A model generated the notes under the pieces. The model saw only the letters and a program-made list of their open reading frames with translations. It was not told the origin of the DNA and did not search any database. Below, in pieces: positions 10,469 through 19,931 of a stretch of 64,000 nucleotides of DNA. A program made the translations under genes and the position numbers. Every line of letters starts with the position of its first letter. The first letter of the stretch is position 1. This DNA is from Candidatus Cloacimonadales bacterium. Its GTDB lineage: Bacteria > Cloacimonadota > Cloacimonadia > Cloacimonadales > JAFGVF01. The stretch lies in NCBI GenBank assembly GCA_963662585.1, contig OY759729.1, positions 352,001 through 416,000 of the forward strand, written 5' to 3'.

Positions 10469-11949
10469 TAATTACTCCCAGGGAAGTATGATTGCTGATA
10501 ACCTAAGATTGTCATATCTTCTATCTTTTTATCTATCAATATATTATAACCTTTAAGTAAAGAAGATTCTCCTATCTCACTATTGATGATTAAAGAGTTT
10601 AAGCCGATAACTGACTTTTCTTTAATCACAGAATTCCCTTTAATAACACAATTAGCTCCAATAGCAACATCTCTAGCAATCTCAACATTCTCCCCGATGA
10701 TTACACTATCAGGATTTTCAATTGTGACACCGTTATTGAGCCAGTGAAGTTTTATTTTATTATAATACTCAGTTTCTAATTGAGCTAATTGCTCCTGAGA
10801 ATTTATCCCAGCAGCTTCCACGAAATTATCTAATACATGACCAGCAACTACTTCATCTCTTTCATTTAAAATTTTTAAGGTATCAGGAAGATAGTATTCA
10901 TTTTGAGCATTATCGTTAGTAATTTCTTCTAAGGCTGAGAAAAGGCTGGCTTTTTTAAAACAATAGATGCCTGTATTAATTTCTCTAATATTTCTTTCTT
11001 CATCACTTGCATCTTTATATTCAACAATGCTGTCTATATTACCATGAGCATCCCTGATTATTCTCCCGTATCTAGCCGGATCATCTATTACATGAGTCAG
11101 TACAGTACAGGCAGCATTTTGCTCGCGATGAGCTTTTAATAAGCCCTTTAAAGTCTCAGAGCTTGTTAAAGGAACATCGCCACAGAGAATAAAGATATCT
11201 CCCTCAAAAGCTTGGAATACATCTTTAGCAATCTTAACCGCATGACCAGTACCTAATTGCTCCTTTTGTTCTGCAAATGCTATATTATCATATTTATCAA
11301 CTAATTTAATCACTTCATCTTTCATATAACCAACAATCACGCAAGTAAGACTTGAGTCCAATTTCGAAGCAGTTTCAACTACTCTCTCCACTAAAGATTT
11401 TCCGGCTAAATTAAAAGTTACTTTGGGTTTATTTGATTTCATTCTTGTACCTTTACCGGCAGCAAGAACAATCGCTCCAACCTTATTCATAGTATCTCCT
11501 GTGCTTAATTTTTTATATAACTCCTCGACAGTTATATTATAGCGAGGGTCAATTTTACTCTTATATATTTCTTTTAAAGGTTCCAAAACAAAGGCTCTCT
11601 CTTGGAGTAGAGGATGCGGAACCTGCAAATTATCTTGATCAATTATTTTATCTTCGTAGTAAAGAATATCCAGATCAATAAGGCGTGGACCCCATTTTTC
11701 TTTTCTTACTCTCCCCATTTTAGTTTCTATTTGTAAAAGCAGTTTTATAAGTTCTTGAGCTGATAAATCCGTATCAGCAATCACAACTTGATTCAGAAAT
11801 TGAGCTTGATCTTCTTTTCCCCAAGGTGCAGTTTCATATACACTACTGAGTTTAATAATCTGGCAATTTTCAGCGATTTCATTAACTGCTCTAGCTAAAT
11901 TTTGCTCTCTATCACCAAGGTTTGTTCCGAGTGAGAGAATAATCTCCAC
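10468..11949 (-). CDS. folK-glmU: FolK (HPPK) fused to a GlmU-like nucleotidyltransferase with a short LbH region
   Basis: SLGTNLGDR, YETAPWG, WGPRLIDLDIL, PHP..RAFVL, then LAAGKGTRMKS, EQLGTGHAV, YGRIIRD, EINTGIY, NAQNEYYLPD. Confidence 0.85.
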   Translation of the reverse strand: MEIILSLGTNLGDREQNLARAVNEIAENCQIIKLSSVYETAPWGKEDQAQFLNQVVIADTDLSAQELIKLLLQIETKMGRVRKEKWGPRLIDLDILYYEDKIIDQDNLQVPHPLLQERAFVLEPLKEIYKSKIDPRYNITVEELYKKLSTGDTMNKVGAIVLAAGKGTRMKSNKPKVTFNLAGKSLVERVVETASKLDSSLTCVIVGYMKDEVIKLVDKYDNIAFAEQKEQLGTGHAVKIAKDVFQAFEGDIFILCGDVPLTSSETLKGLLKAHREQNAACTVLTHVIDDPARYGRIIRDAHGNIDSIVEYKDASDEERNIREINTGIYCFKKASLFSALEEITNDNAQNEYYLPDTLKILNERDEVVAGHVLDNFVEAAGINSQEQLAQLETEYYNKIKLHWLNNGVTIENPDSVIIGENVEIARDVAIGANCVIKGNSVIKEKSVIGLNSLIINSEIGESSLLKGYNILIDKKIEDMTILGYQQSYFPGSN

Positions 11950-12305
11950 TATCTGCCTCTAGTCATCTCTATTTCAGAAAAGCTTAAATGCCCTTGGATG
12001 GGAACTGAAGGTTTGCGAATACTAATAGTAGCAGATTCCACTAAATCAAATCTATCTAATATATTATCTAATATTGTATTAGCACAATTCTCTAAAAGCA
12101 AGTATTTATCTACTTCCATAATATTTTTTATTACATCATAAACTTTTGTATAATCTACAGTATCTTCTAACTTATTTACAAATCTATCTTTGGCATCATC
12201 TGTAGCCAAGGTGATAGTAACAGTAAATCTCTGCCCTAAAGTTCTTTCTGCATCTTGAACCCCATGATAACCATAAAAAATCATATCTTTGAGAATTATT
12301 TTCAT
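11949..12305 (-). CDS. folB: Dihydroneopterin aldolase
   Basis: FYGYHGV..ER..GQRF, TVDY, LLE, KP; adjacent to folK. Confidence 0.92.
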   Translation of the reverse strand: MKIILKDMIFYGYHGVQDAERTLGQRFTVTITLATDDAKDRFVNKLEDTVDYTKVYDVIKNIMEVDKYLLLENCANTILDNILDRFDLVESATISIRKPSVPIQGHLSFSEIEMTRGR

Positions 12306-12751
12306 TGATTAACCTCATCTTCATACTTTGATGCAATAATATAACTTATCTTCTTACCCCAAACTCTATCAACAATTCTATTAATAAAGAAAGCAAGAAC
12401 TAATCCTACAAAACCAGAAATGATAGAATAAGTTTCATTAAAAAACATCTTGGCGATATAATAGAAAATCACCAGATTAACAATTGGGAAAATAAAAAGA
12501 AGTAGTGCTGAATAGATTCTTTTCGCTGGGTCAATATAGATAATTACCCTATCCCCCACTTCAAGTTCTATATCAGTTGTGATAACATGCTCTGTACAAC
12601 TATTATTGCTTCCGCACACACCATGCATTCCACAGCTAGCACAACCACCTTGAACATCCATTAAAACTGTTGCTACACCATTCTCAAACTTTTTAACTAC
12701 CCCAATCTGAGTACTATCTACTGCCATTCTTATCCTCCGTAATCTTTTCAA
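12302..12751 (-). CDS. RseC/MucC family membrane protein (start probably MAVDST near 12727)
   Basis: CASCGMHGVC Cys motif, VGDRV, two TM helices. Confidence 0.75.
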   Translation of the reverse strand: MKRLRRIRMAVDSTQIGVVKKFENGVATVLMDVQGGCASCGMHGVCGSNNSCTEHVITTDIELEVGDRVIIYIDPAKRIYSALLLFIFPIVNLVIFYYIAKMFFNETYSIISGFVGLVLAFFINRIVDRVWGKKISYIIASKYEDEVNQ

Positions 12752-13208
12752 TCAAATTAGTCGTAGAAAATCCATCTTGAAAAAGCAAACTTTTCACTTG
12801 TCCGCCAAGACCTAATACGATATCAGAGCCAATAATTTGCTCAGGACTCCAATCTCCCCCTTTCACTAAAACATTAGGTTTAATAAGTTTAATTAAATCA
12901 TAGGGAGTGTCCTGATCAAAGATAACTACAAAATCTACTGCTTTTAATCCACAAAGAACAAAAGCTCTCTCAAGCTGACTATTAATAGGACGGGATTCAC
13001 CTTTTAATCTTTTTACAGAATCATCACTATTCAAACCTAATATTAAAACATCTCCACAACTTTTTGCTTCTTCTAAATAGCTGACATGACCAAAATGCAA
13101 GATATCAAAACAGCCATTAGTAAATACTATTTTTTTACCTGCTTTTCTAAGCTCTTCAGCAATCTTGTCAATCTCATCCCAGCTTTTTATGCGGTCTGCT
13201 ATTTTCAT
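12714..13208 (-). CDS. rfaE2: D-glycero-beta-D-manno-heptose 1-phosphate adenylyltransferase (RfaE domain II)
   Basis: FTNGCFDILHFGH, LNSDDSVKRLKG, VKGGDW, STT; start at MKIADR overlapping the upstream stop. Confidence 0.9.
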   Translation of the reverse strand: MKIADRIKSWDEIDKIAEELRKAGKKIVFTNGCFDILHFGHVSYLEEAKSCGDVLILGLNSDDSVKRLKGESRPINSQLERAFVLCGLKAVDFVVIFDQDTPYDLIKLIKPNVLVKGGDWSPEQIIGSDIVLGLGGQVKSLLFQDGFSTTNLIEKITEDKNGSR

Positions 13209-14197
13209 TCTGATTCCTGTTCCACAGATTCTCTGATTTCTTCCCAATAAGTAGGAGATGTACCTTGTTTTCCACAAACTACTCCAGCTGCATGATTAGC
13301 AATAATAGCAGATTCTAAGACAGAATTTGTGAGTGTCATTGCTAAAGTGAGAGTACTAATGACAGTATCACCAGCTCCTGAGACATCAAAGACTTCCCTA
13401 GCATAAGTTGGAAGGGAGAAAATATTTCTATCATTTTCAAAGATTAACATTCCCTTTTCACCCAAAGTAACAATCAAGTATTTAGCTTCAATCTGCTTGA
13501 ATAATTTCCAAGCTATAGCCTGCAAATCCTTTTCATTAGTTATTTTTGTGTTCATATTTTTAGAAAGTTCTATTAAGTTTGGCTTGAAAACAGTAACACC
13601 CTTATAGAGAAAGAAGTTATCAACTTTAGGGTCAACAGCAATAAGGACATTATTAGCTTTAGCAATTTGAATTACTTTGCTAATAACCTTCTCTGTAAGC
13701 AATCCCTTATTATAATCTTCAATAATGAGAGCATCGATATCTTTAACTATTTTCTCAAAATTTTCTATAATTTGATCTTCTATTTTAGAATTTATAGGAC
13801 TTGTTATCTCTCTGTCTACTCTAACTATCTGTTGCTTTTTTGAAGTTATTCTTGATTTAATAGTAGTAGGTCTATCTTTGTCTTTAACAATAAGAGTGGA
13901 ATCGATATTTCTATCTTTGAGTAATTTCATCAAGATAGCACTATTGTTATCATCGCCACAAACTCCTATTAGATAGGTCTTAGCATCTAGTGTTGAAATA
14001 TTCAAGGCAACATTAGCTGCTCCACCCAATCTGTACTCATCAGTCAAGCTCTCCAAAATAGGAACAGGAGCTTCTGGGGAGATTCTTGAAACATTCCCAA
14101 TAATGTAATGATCAATCATTATATCACCTAAAACAGCAATTTTCTTTTTAGTAGCCTCTTGAGTAAACTTATCAAATCTTTTAATATCTATGTCCAT
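13205..14197 (-). CDS. rfaE1: D-glycero-beta-D-manno-heptose-7-phosphate kinase (RfaE domain I)
   Basis: RISPEAPVP, GGAANVA, DYNKG, DVSGAGDT PfkB motif. Confidence 0.92.
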   Translation of the reverse strand: MDIDIKRFDKFTQEATKKKIAVLGDIMIDHYIIGNVSRISPEAPVPILESLTDEYRLGGAANVALNISTLDAKTYLIGVCGDDNNSAILMKLLKDRNIDSTLIVKDKDRPTTIKSRITSKKQQIVRVDREITSPINSKIEDQIIENFEKIVKDIDALIIEDYNKGLLTEKVISKVIQIAKANNVLIAVDPKVDNFFLYKGVTVFKPNLIELSKNMNTKITNEKDLQAIAWKLFKQIEAKYLIVTLGEKGMLIFENDRNIFSLPTYAREVFDVSGAGDTVISTLTLAMTLTNSVLESAIIANHAAGVVCGKQGTSPTYWEEIRESVEQESE

Positions 14198-14205
14198 AAT
14201 AAACC

Positions 14206-15567
14206 TTATTTTATTGGGTAATTACCTGAGAAACAGGCATGACAGAATTTATCTTTATCTCCAACACAAGTTAATAAATCTTCAATATCAATATACCTAA
14301 GAGAGTCTGCTCCAGCAAAATCTCTAATTTCATCCAAAGTCTTCTGATTAGCAATCAATTCTGTTTGATTAGGAGTATCTATACCGTAGTAGCAAGGGAA
14401 TTTAACTGCTGGTGATCCTATTCTAAGATGAACTTCAGCAGCCCCAGCTTTCTTAATCATATTAACAATCTTTTTAATAGTTGTTCCTCTCACAATAGAG
14501 TCATCTATCAAGACAACTTTTTTATTGGTAAAGAAGTTTGGTAAAGTAGAAAACTTTTGAGAAACAGATTCATCCCTAATAGTCTGTTCAGGTTTTATGA
14601 AGGTTCTGCCAACATAATGATTACGAAGCAAACCCATACTAAAATAGCTTTTCTTTTCATTAGCATAACCAACAGCCATAAAGTTAGAAGAGTCTGGTAC
14701 TGGCACTACTACATCAGGAACAATATCATCTTTTTTAGCTAAGGCAGCCCCAATTTTCTTTCTCACTTCATAAACATTCTCATTGAAGTGAAAACTATCA
14801 GGTCTAGAGAAGTAGATTAATTCAAAGATACAATGTTTATCTTCTTTAAAATGTCTGTATTCATTTGGGTCATTATCGAATAGTTTAATATCTCTTTCAC
14901 TAACCTGAATAATTCCTGCAGGTGGAACTTCTAATCTATTCTCTACTCCCAAAATATCAAGTGCACAAGATTCTGAAGCAACTACTACCGTTCCATCAGT
15001 CATTTTACCCCATACCATAGGTCTTATAGCATAAGGGTCTCTAATCATATACATTTTATCAGGAGTTGCCAAAACTGTTGAGAAAGCACCTTTGATTCTT
15101 TTCATCATAGCTTTAATAGCATCAACAATATTCATACCTTCATTTTGAATCTGATAGATTATATATTTGAGAATTAACTCTCCATCATTTTGACTTTTAA
15201 AATAGACACCTTTTTTTTCCAATTCTTCCTTAACTTCATAATAATTAACAACATCACCATTACTCGCTAAAGCATAAGTAGCTCCATAAAGAGATTCTAC
15301 AGTATGCGGTTGAGAATTATAATCAGTTGCTGAACCTTTGGTTGGGTATCTAACATGCCCAATAGCTAGTTTACCTTTCATAGTTTCGAGTATCTCAGGT
15401 GGAAAAACCTGTTTTACAAGTCCCATCTTCTTGCGAAGGGTAAATACTTTCCCATCTGAAACTGCCATTCCACAACTTTCTTGGCCTCTATGTTGCTCAG
15501 CAAACATTCCTAAGGCTGCTAAATCTGCTGCCTTTTCGTGATTAAAAACTCCAATGATTCCACACAT
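14206..15567 (-). CDS. purF: Amidophosphoribosyltransferase
   Basis: MCGIIG, QHRGQES, GHVRYPT, CIFELIYFSRPDS, DDSIVRGTT, CHACFSGNYP. Confidence 0.97.
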   Translation of the reverse strand: MCGIIGVFNHEKAADLAALGMFAEQHRGQESCGMAVSDGKVFTLRKKMGLVKQVFPPEILETMKGKLAIGHVRYPTKGSATDYNSQPHTVESLYGATYALASNGDVVNYYEVKEELEKKGVYFKSQNDGELILKYIIYQIQNEGMNIVDAIKAMMKRIKGAFSTVLATPDKMYMIRDPYAIRPMVWGKMTDGTVVVASESCALDILGVENRLEVPPAGIIQVSERDIKLFDNDPNEYRHFKEDKHCIFELIYFSRPDSFHFNENVYEVRKKIGAALAKKDDIVPDVVVPVPDSSNFMAVGYANEKKSYFSMGLLRNHYVGRTFIKPEQTIRDESVSQKFSTLPNFFTNKKVVLIDDSIVRGTTIKKIVNMIKKAGAAEVHLRIGSPAVKFPCYYGIDTPNQTELIANQKTLDEIRDFAGADSLRYIDIEDLLTCVGDKDKFCHACFSGNYPIK

Positions 15568-15617
15568 TTATAATTCTCCTACAAATCTTTTTTAATTTTT
15601 TATTATTATAATATTTG

Positions 15618-16244
15618 TTATTTCTTTTTAAATACTAACTTATTTTCATTACCTTTAATCAATCTACTAATATTTTGCTTATGTTTTAATATTATGAAAA
15701 GAGCTACTAAAACTGTCAGAATCAAAATAGACAGTTCTTGAAAACCTCCTAAGTAATTCATTACAAATTGACTAGTAACTAATACAATAGCAGCTATAAT
15801 CGAGCCTAAAGAAACATATCTACTACTAGCTACGACAACTATAAAAGCTATCAAAGCTATAAGAAAAGCTAGCGGTGATAACAAAGCATACACTCCAGCA
15901 GTAGTAGCAACGCCTTTCCCACCTTTAAACTTTAAATAGATAGAAAAGACATGACCTAAAATCGCTGTAATACCTAAAGTAATATCATAGATTTGGGTCA
16001 CCTCGATACTAAATAGACTCATTATCCAGCGACCAACTAATATAGCCACTACACCCTTAAAAGCATCTATTAGCATAACAGTAACGCCAATTTTAGTACC
16101 TAGTACTCTCAGAGCATTTGTCGCTCCAGAGTTTCCACTACCATGCTTAGTAATATCTATACCATTCAGTTTCCCTGCTATAAAACTAGTAGGAATTCCT
16201 CCTATCAAGTAAGCAAGTAAATAGGCTATACTAATATATAACAT
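15618..16244 (-). CDS. plsY: Glycerol-3-phosphate acyltransferase PlsY
   Basis: GSGNSGATNALR, DAFKG, GHVFS..FKGGKGVAT, HKQNISRL; start placed at MLYIS. Confidence 0.93.
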   Translation of the reverse strand: MLYISIAYLLAYLIGGIPTSFIAGKLNGIDITKHGSGNSGATNALRVLGTKIGVTVMLIDAFKGVVAILVGRWIMSLFSIEVTQIYDITLGITAILGHVFSIYLKFKGGKGVATTAGVYALLSPLAFLIALIAFIVVVASSRYVSLGSIIAAIVLVTSQFVMNYLGGFQELSILILTVLVALFIILKHKQNISRLIKGNENKLVFKKK

Positions 16245-17577
16245 CGGATTCACTTGAATCTTTTCCTTTAAATACCATTTTAATTGTTGCTCCTTCAAAT
16301 TTAAATACTTTTCTAATTTGATTGTGCAAGAACCTCTTATAATCTTCAGAAATCTTTCTTGGACTATTACAGAAGAAGATGAAGGTTGGAGGATCTGTAT
16401 CTGGTTGAGTTATGTAATAAATCTTCAACAAAGCGCCTGTCTTATGACTAGGAGGTCTTCTATCAATAACTTTTTTCACAAATTCATTTAATTGAGAAGT
16501 TGGCACTCTTCTTTCACTTTCGTCTTTAACACTAAGAATTAATTCTAATATTTTATTAACTCTTTGTCCAGTTAAGGCAGAAACAAATAGCACAGGAGCA
16601 TATTTAATAAACTGTAAATCCTCTAGTATTTTAAGAGTAAATTCTTTATGAGTATGATTATCTTTTTCTGGTAAGTCCCATTTATTAACCACAATAATAA
16701 CATTTTTATAATGGCGCTTGATATATGAAGCAATCTTCTTCTCTTGAGTAGAAACCTCTTCATCAGCAGAAACAATTAAAAGAACGATATCTGCTCTATC
16801 AATAGTATCAATAGTTCTCATAGCACTAAAGTACTCTACCCCATATTTTACTCTTGTCTTCTTCCTTAATCCAGCAGTATCTATAAGAGTAATCTCTTGT
16901 CCGTGATAGGTTAATTTAGAGTCAATTGCATCTCTAGTTGTACCAGGAATATCAGTAACAATAACTGTATCCTGTCCGATTAATCTGTTAGTAATAGAGG
17001 ACTTACCTACATTAGGTTTTCCTACGATAGCCACTTTAATACTTGTATCAAGTAATTCTTCAAAGTCATCAACATCACGAGCTGGAATCTTAGTTAATAA
17101 CTCATCCATGAAGTTTCCTGAGTTTCTACCTGAATTAGCAGCTATTGGAAATGGTATTCCAAATCCTAACTGCATAAAGTCATAAATATCCATCTCAATC
17201 TTTTCATTATCGACTTTATTAACTACTAACATTGTTTTGTCACGCATGGGATTTAACATCTTAGCAATTCTCTGATCAAAATCAGTAATTCCTGTCATAC
17301 CATCAACTAGGAAAAGAATAAAATCAGCTTCCTGAATAGCTATCTCAGCCTGTAAACGGATATGATCATCCATTTTATCTTGAGAATTAAAAACTAATCC
17401 ACCTGTATCAACTATTCTAAACTTTTTTCCATCCCATTCCACATCAGCATATTTTCGATCTCTGGTAATTCCTTCTTCAAAATCTATAATTGCTCTTCTC
17501 TGTTTGCACAATCTATTAAATAGGGTAGATTTACCCACATTAGGTCTTCCCACTATTGCTACTAATACATCTCTCAT
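16231..17577 (-). CDS. der: Ribosome biogenesis GTPase Der (EngA)
   Basis: Two G domains (GRPNVGKS and GKPNVGKS, DTGG/DTAG, NKVD/NKWD) and a KH-like C-terminus. Confidence 0.97.
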   Translation of the reverse strand: MRDVLVAIVGRPNVGKSTLFNRLCKQRRAIIDFEEGITRDRKYADVEWDGKKFRIVDTGGLVFNSQDKMDDHIRLQAEIAIQEADFILFLVDGMTGITDFDQRIAKMLNPMRDKTMLVVNKVDNEKIEMDIYDFMQLGFGIPFPIAANSGRNSGNFMDELLTKIPARDVDDFEELLDTSIKVAIVGKPNVGKSSITNRLIGQDTVIVTDIPGTTRDAIDSKLTYHGQEITLIDTAGLRKKTRVKYGVEYFSAMRTIDTIDRADIVLLIVSADEEVSTQEKKIASYIKRHYKNVIIVVNKWDLPEKDNHTHKEFTLKILEDLQFIKYAPVLFVSALTGQRVNKILELILSVKDESERRVPTSQLNEFVKKVIDRRPPSHKTGALLKIYYITQPDTDPPTFIFFCNSPRKISEDYKRFLHNQIRKVFKFEGATIKMVFKGKDSSESDVIY

Positions 17578-17869
17578 TTGTTCAACCTTTTAATTCATTA
17601 TTAAAGGTCAATTCTCTATGAATAGTGAAATTGTCAAATGATATTTAGTTTTTAAGACTAGGAAGCCTCTTTTGTCAGTGTTTACGCCATAAACAAAGAC
17701 TTAAGCTAAAGTGAAAATAAGCTATTTTTTAAGACTAATTTTCGGATTATAGAAATTAGCCTGTATAATCTTATAGGGCCCACTTTTAGAATAATGGTTC
17801 TTTTAGTAATGTTCTTGGCTCTAGTTCAAGTTAAGTGGAAATTAATCAGCTAAAACATCCCTTACGCCA

Positions 17870-18780
17870 TCTAAGAAAAACACCCGCCTGCTTCCTGCAA
17901 TCCCTCTTCTCCAAGGGGACTTAAATCATCGTGTTCTAGACCTCTTCTGCCGGATTGCATGCACCCTTGCATGCGAAAAACCTTATAAAAATCTAATGTT
18001 ATCTTATTATTATATAATATGGAAGCAGAGACGCTTCCACTCCATAGAAGAAAACACCCCTGTGTCCCCCTCACGGAGGGGGATTTATAAACTAAACACC
18101 CCGTCTGCTTCGCAACCACCCCTCTTTTAGCGTGCCTTCAGCACTAAAGAGGGGAGTTTAAGATTCACGGACTAAAGGTCCGTAACCCCAGTTAATCACT
18201 AAAGAGGGAAGTTAAAAGTGTGATAATCCCTCTTCTGCAGGATTGCATGCACCCTTGCATGCGAAAAACCTTATAAAAATCTAATGTTATCTTATTATTA
18301 TATAATATGGAAGCAGAGAAGCTTCCACTCCATAGAAGAAAACACACCCTGTCTGCTTCGCAGGAGTGAAGTATGACGGGAGTTGCTCACGGAGTAGCGA
18401 CTTCCGACAACAACTTTCAACTACCACCACTCACCTTCGTGAATGGTGGTGATGGCTGGAATCCCGCGTTCCCAGTTAGGAAGAAAACACCCCGTCTGCT
18501 TCGCAGCCACCCCTCTTTTAGCGTGCCTTCAGCACTAAAGAGGGGAATTTAATAATCACGGACTAAAGGTCCCTAACCCCAGTTAATCACTAAAGATGGA
18601 AATTTAAGAGTATGATAATCCCTCTTCTGTCGGATAGTGAACATCCTTGTTCGCTTCATTACGAAAGTAATGACAATCTTAAATCCCAGCGGGATGCCAT
18701 ATAATAGGGAGTGTTCGCAAGACACTCCTTTAGAGTTCACACGAGGTGAGCCCTGGAAGGGCGATATATCTCATGTTAAT
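17870..18780. repeat. Mosaic cluster of REP-like hairpin repeats (left)
   Basis: Reiterated modules CACCCCGTCTGCTTCGCAGCCACCCCTCT..AGAGGGG, CCTCTTCTGCCGGATTGCATGCACCCTTGCATGCG, GGAAGCAGAGACGCTTCC, CCCCCTCACGGAGGGGG, CGGACTAAAGGTCCG; GC-rich in an AT-rich background. Confidence 0.85.
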
Positions 18781-18863
18781 CCCACTAAAACACATATTTT
18801 CTTAAAATTTCGATTCTAAAGCGTATCTATATTTCATATATCTCCTTCCACTTTATTCACTAT

Positions 18864-19931
18864 CTATTTCTTTACAGTTTTATTACCCGAAGCATACATC
18901 GCAATAGAGAAAATGATAAGTGTAAATGATGTCATAAACTGTAAAATCATCAATAAGCTTATCTGGTCAGGCTGGTTACTTTCAATTGATGGCATATTTT
19001 GAAAGAAATTGGTCTGTAAACTGAGAATAAAAGATTGCCAAAGAGATTTCTTGACTTCAATATTTAACAAGTAGTAAACTGTTGCATAGTTAAATATATT
19101 TTCAACTAAACTCGAAATTGCTAATATTTGTCTTTGTTGAGGTGTCGTTGATCCATTATTTTTGGTTTCAAAGCAATCTTTTCCAAAAGCAATAATTATC
19201 TCAAATGACCTAGAAATTGTTCTGAATATTATAGCAAATAATAATATTCTAGCCCAAGAAGACCCTAGTCTGAAATATTTTTGTTCGGCTCCAAAAAAAA
19301 ATACTGACAAGATAGGAGCCAAAAACAAAATAAGAGCAATAATTGAATTATCACGATTTCTATGTATATCGTACTGACCTTTTTTAGATATTCCATCAAT
19401 TTTAATTTTAGATTTGATACATCTTTTGTTTATTTGTGAAATTAACAAATTTGGAGATATAAAAAACATATAGACATTCAGAATACTATTCCTAAGATTA
19501 TTAATAATTAATTTACAAACCTTTACAAAACCGTAAAATATCAATTTAAGTAAATATAAAACAATAATTAATAAGTTAATAACAATAAAAAATTGCGGTG
19601 AATCACATAACATTATACTAACAATAAGAAATAGCAGATATAACAGGAGAGTATTGATAATGAGATCTTTATATTTATAAACAATACTATATTTGTTAGG
19701 CATCAAGTATGCAAAAAATAAGAAATTCAGTATGTATGCAACAATTAATATCTTCCAGCCATATAGATTTTTGCTTACATTTACAAAAAAGACTTGCCAC
19801 ATAAAAAAAACTATAAAGAAAATGCTAATTATCGGATAAAATATTTTTGGTATTTCTTCATTTATCTTTATTTTCCTCTTTCGAGTACTACAGCATGTTC
19901 TTCTGTTACACCATTTTAGCATATACCTCAT
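18864..19931 (-). CDS. Multi-pass membrane protein of unknown function, downstream of hsdR
   Basis: 355-aa ORF with about 8 hydrophobic segments; ATGA overlap with the hsdR stop. Confidence 0.7.
   Translation of the reverse strand: MRYMLKWCNRRTCCSTRKRKIKINEEIPKIFYPIISIFFIVFFMWQVFFVNVSKNLYGWKILIVAYILNFLFFAYLMPNKYSIVYKYKDLIINTLLLYLLFLIVSIMLCDSPQFFIVINLLIIVLYLLKLIFYGFVKVCKLIINNLRNSILNVYMFFISPNLLISQINKRCIKSKIKIDGISKKGQYDIHRNRDNSIIALILFLAPILSVFFFGAEQKYFRLGSSWARILLFAIIFRTISRSFEIIIAFGKDCFETKNNGSTTPQQRQILAISSLVENIFNYATVYYLLNIEVKKSLWQSFILSLQTNFFQNMPSIESNQPDQISLLMILQFMTSFTLIIFSIAMYASGNKTVKK

Noticed and set aside
17870..18780. CRISPR array in the repeat clusters (also considered at 26271-26821, 31872-32152 and 59084-59181)
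   Set aside because: No constant repeat alternating with unique, equal-length spacers; the intervening sequences are themselves repeated; no cas genes in the window.
17871..18819. Short ORFs in the repeat clusters (17871..18119, 18637..18819, also 26463..26693 and 26639..26833)
   Set aside because: They are translations of palindromic repeats with no RBS or protein-like features.
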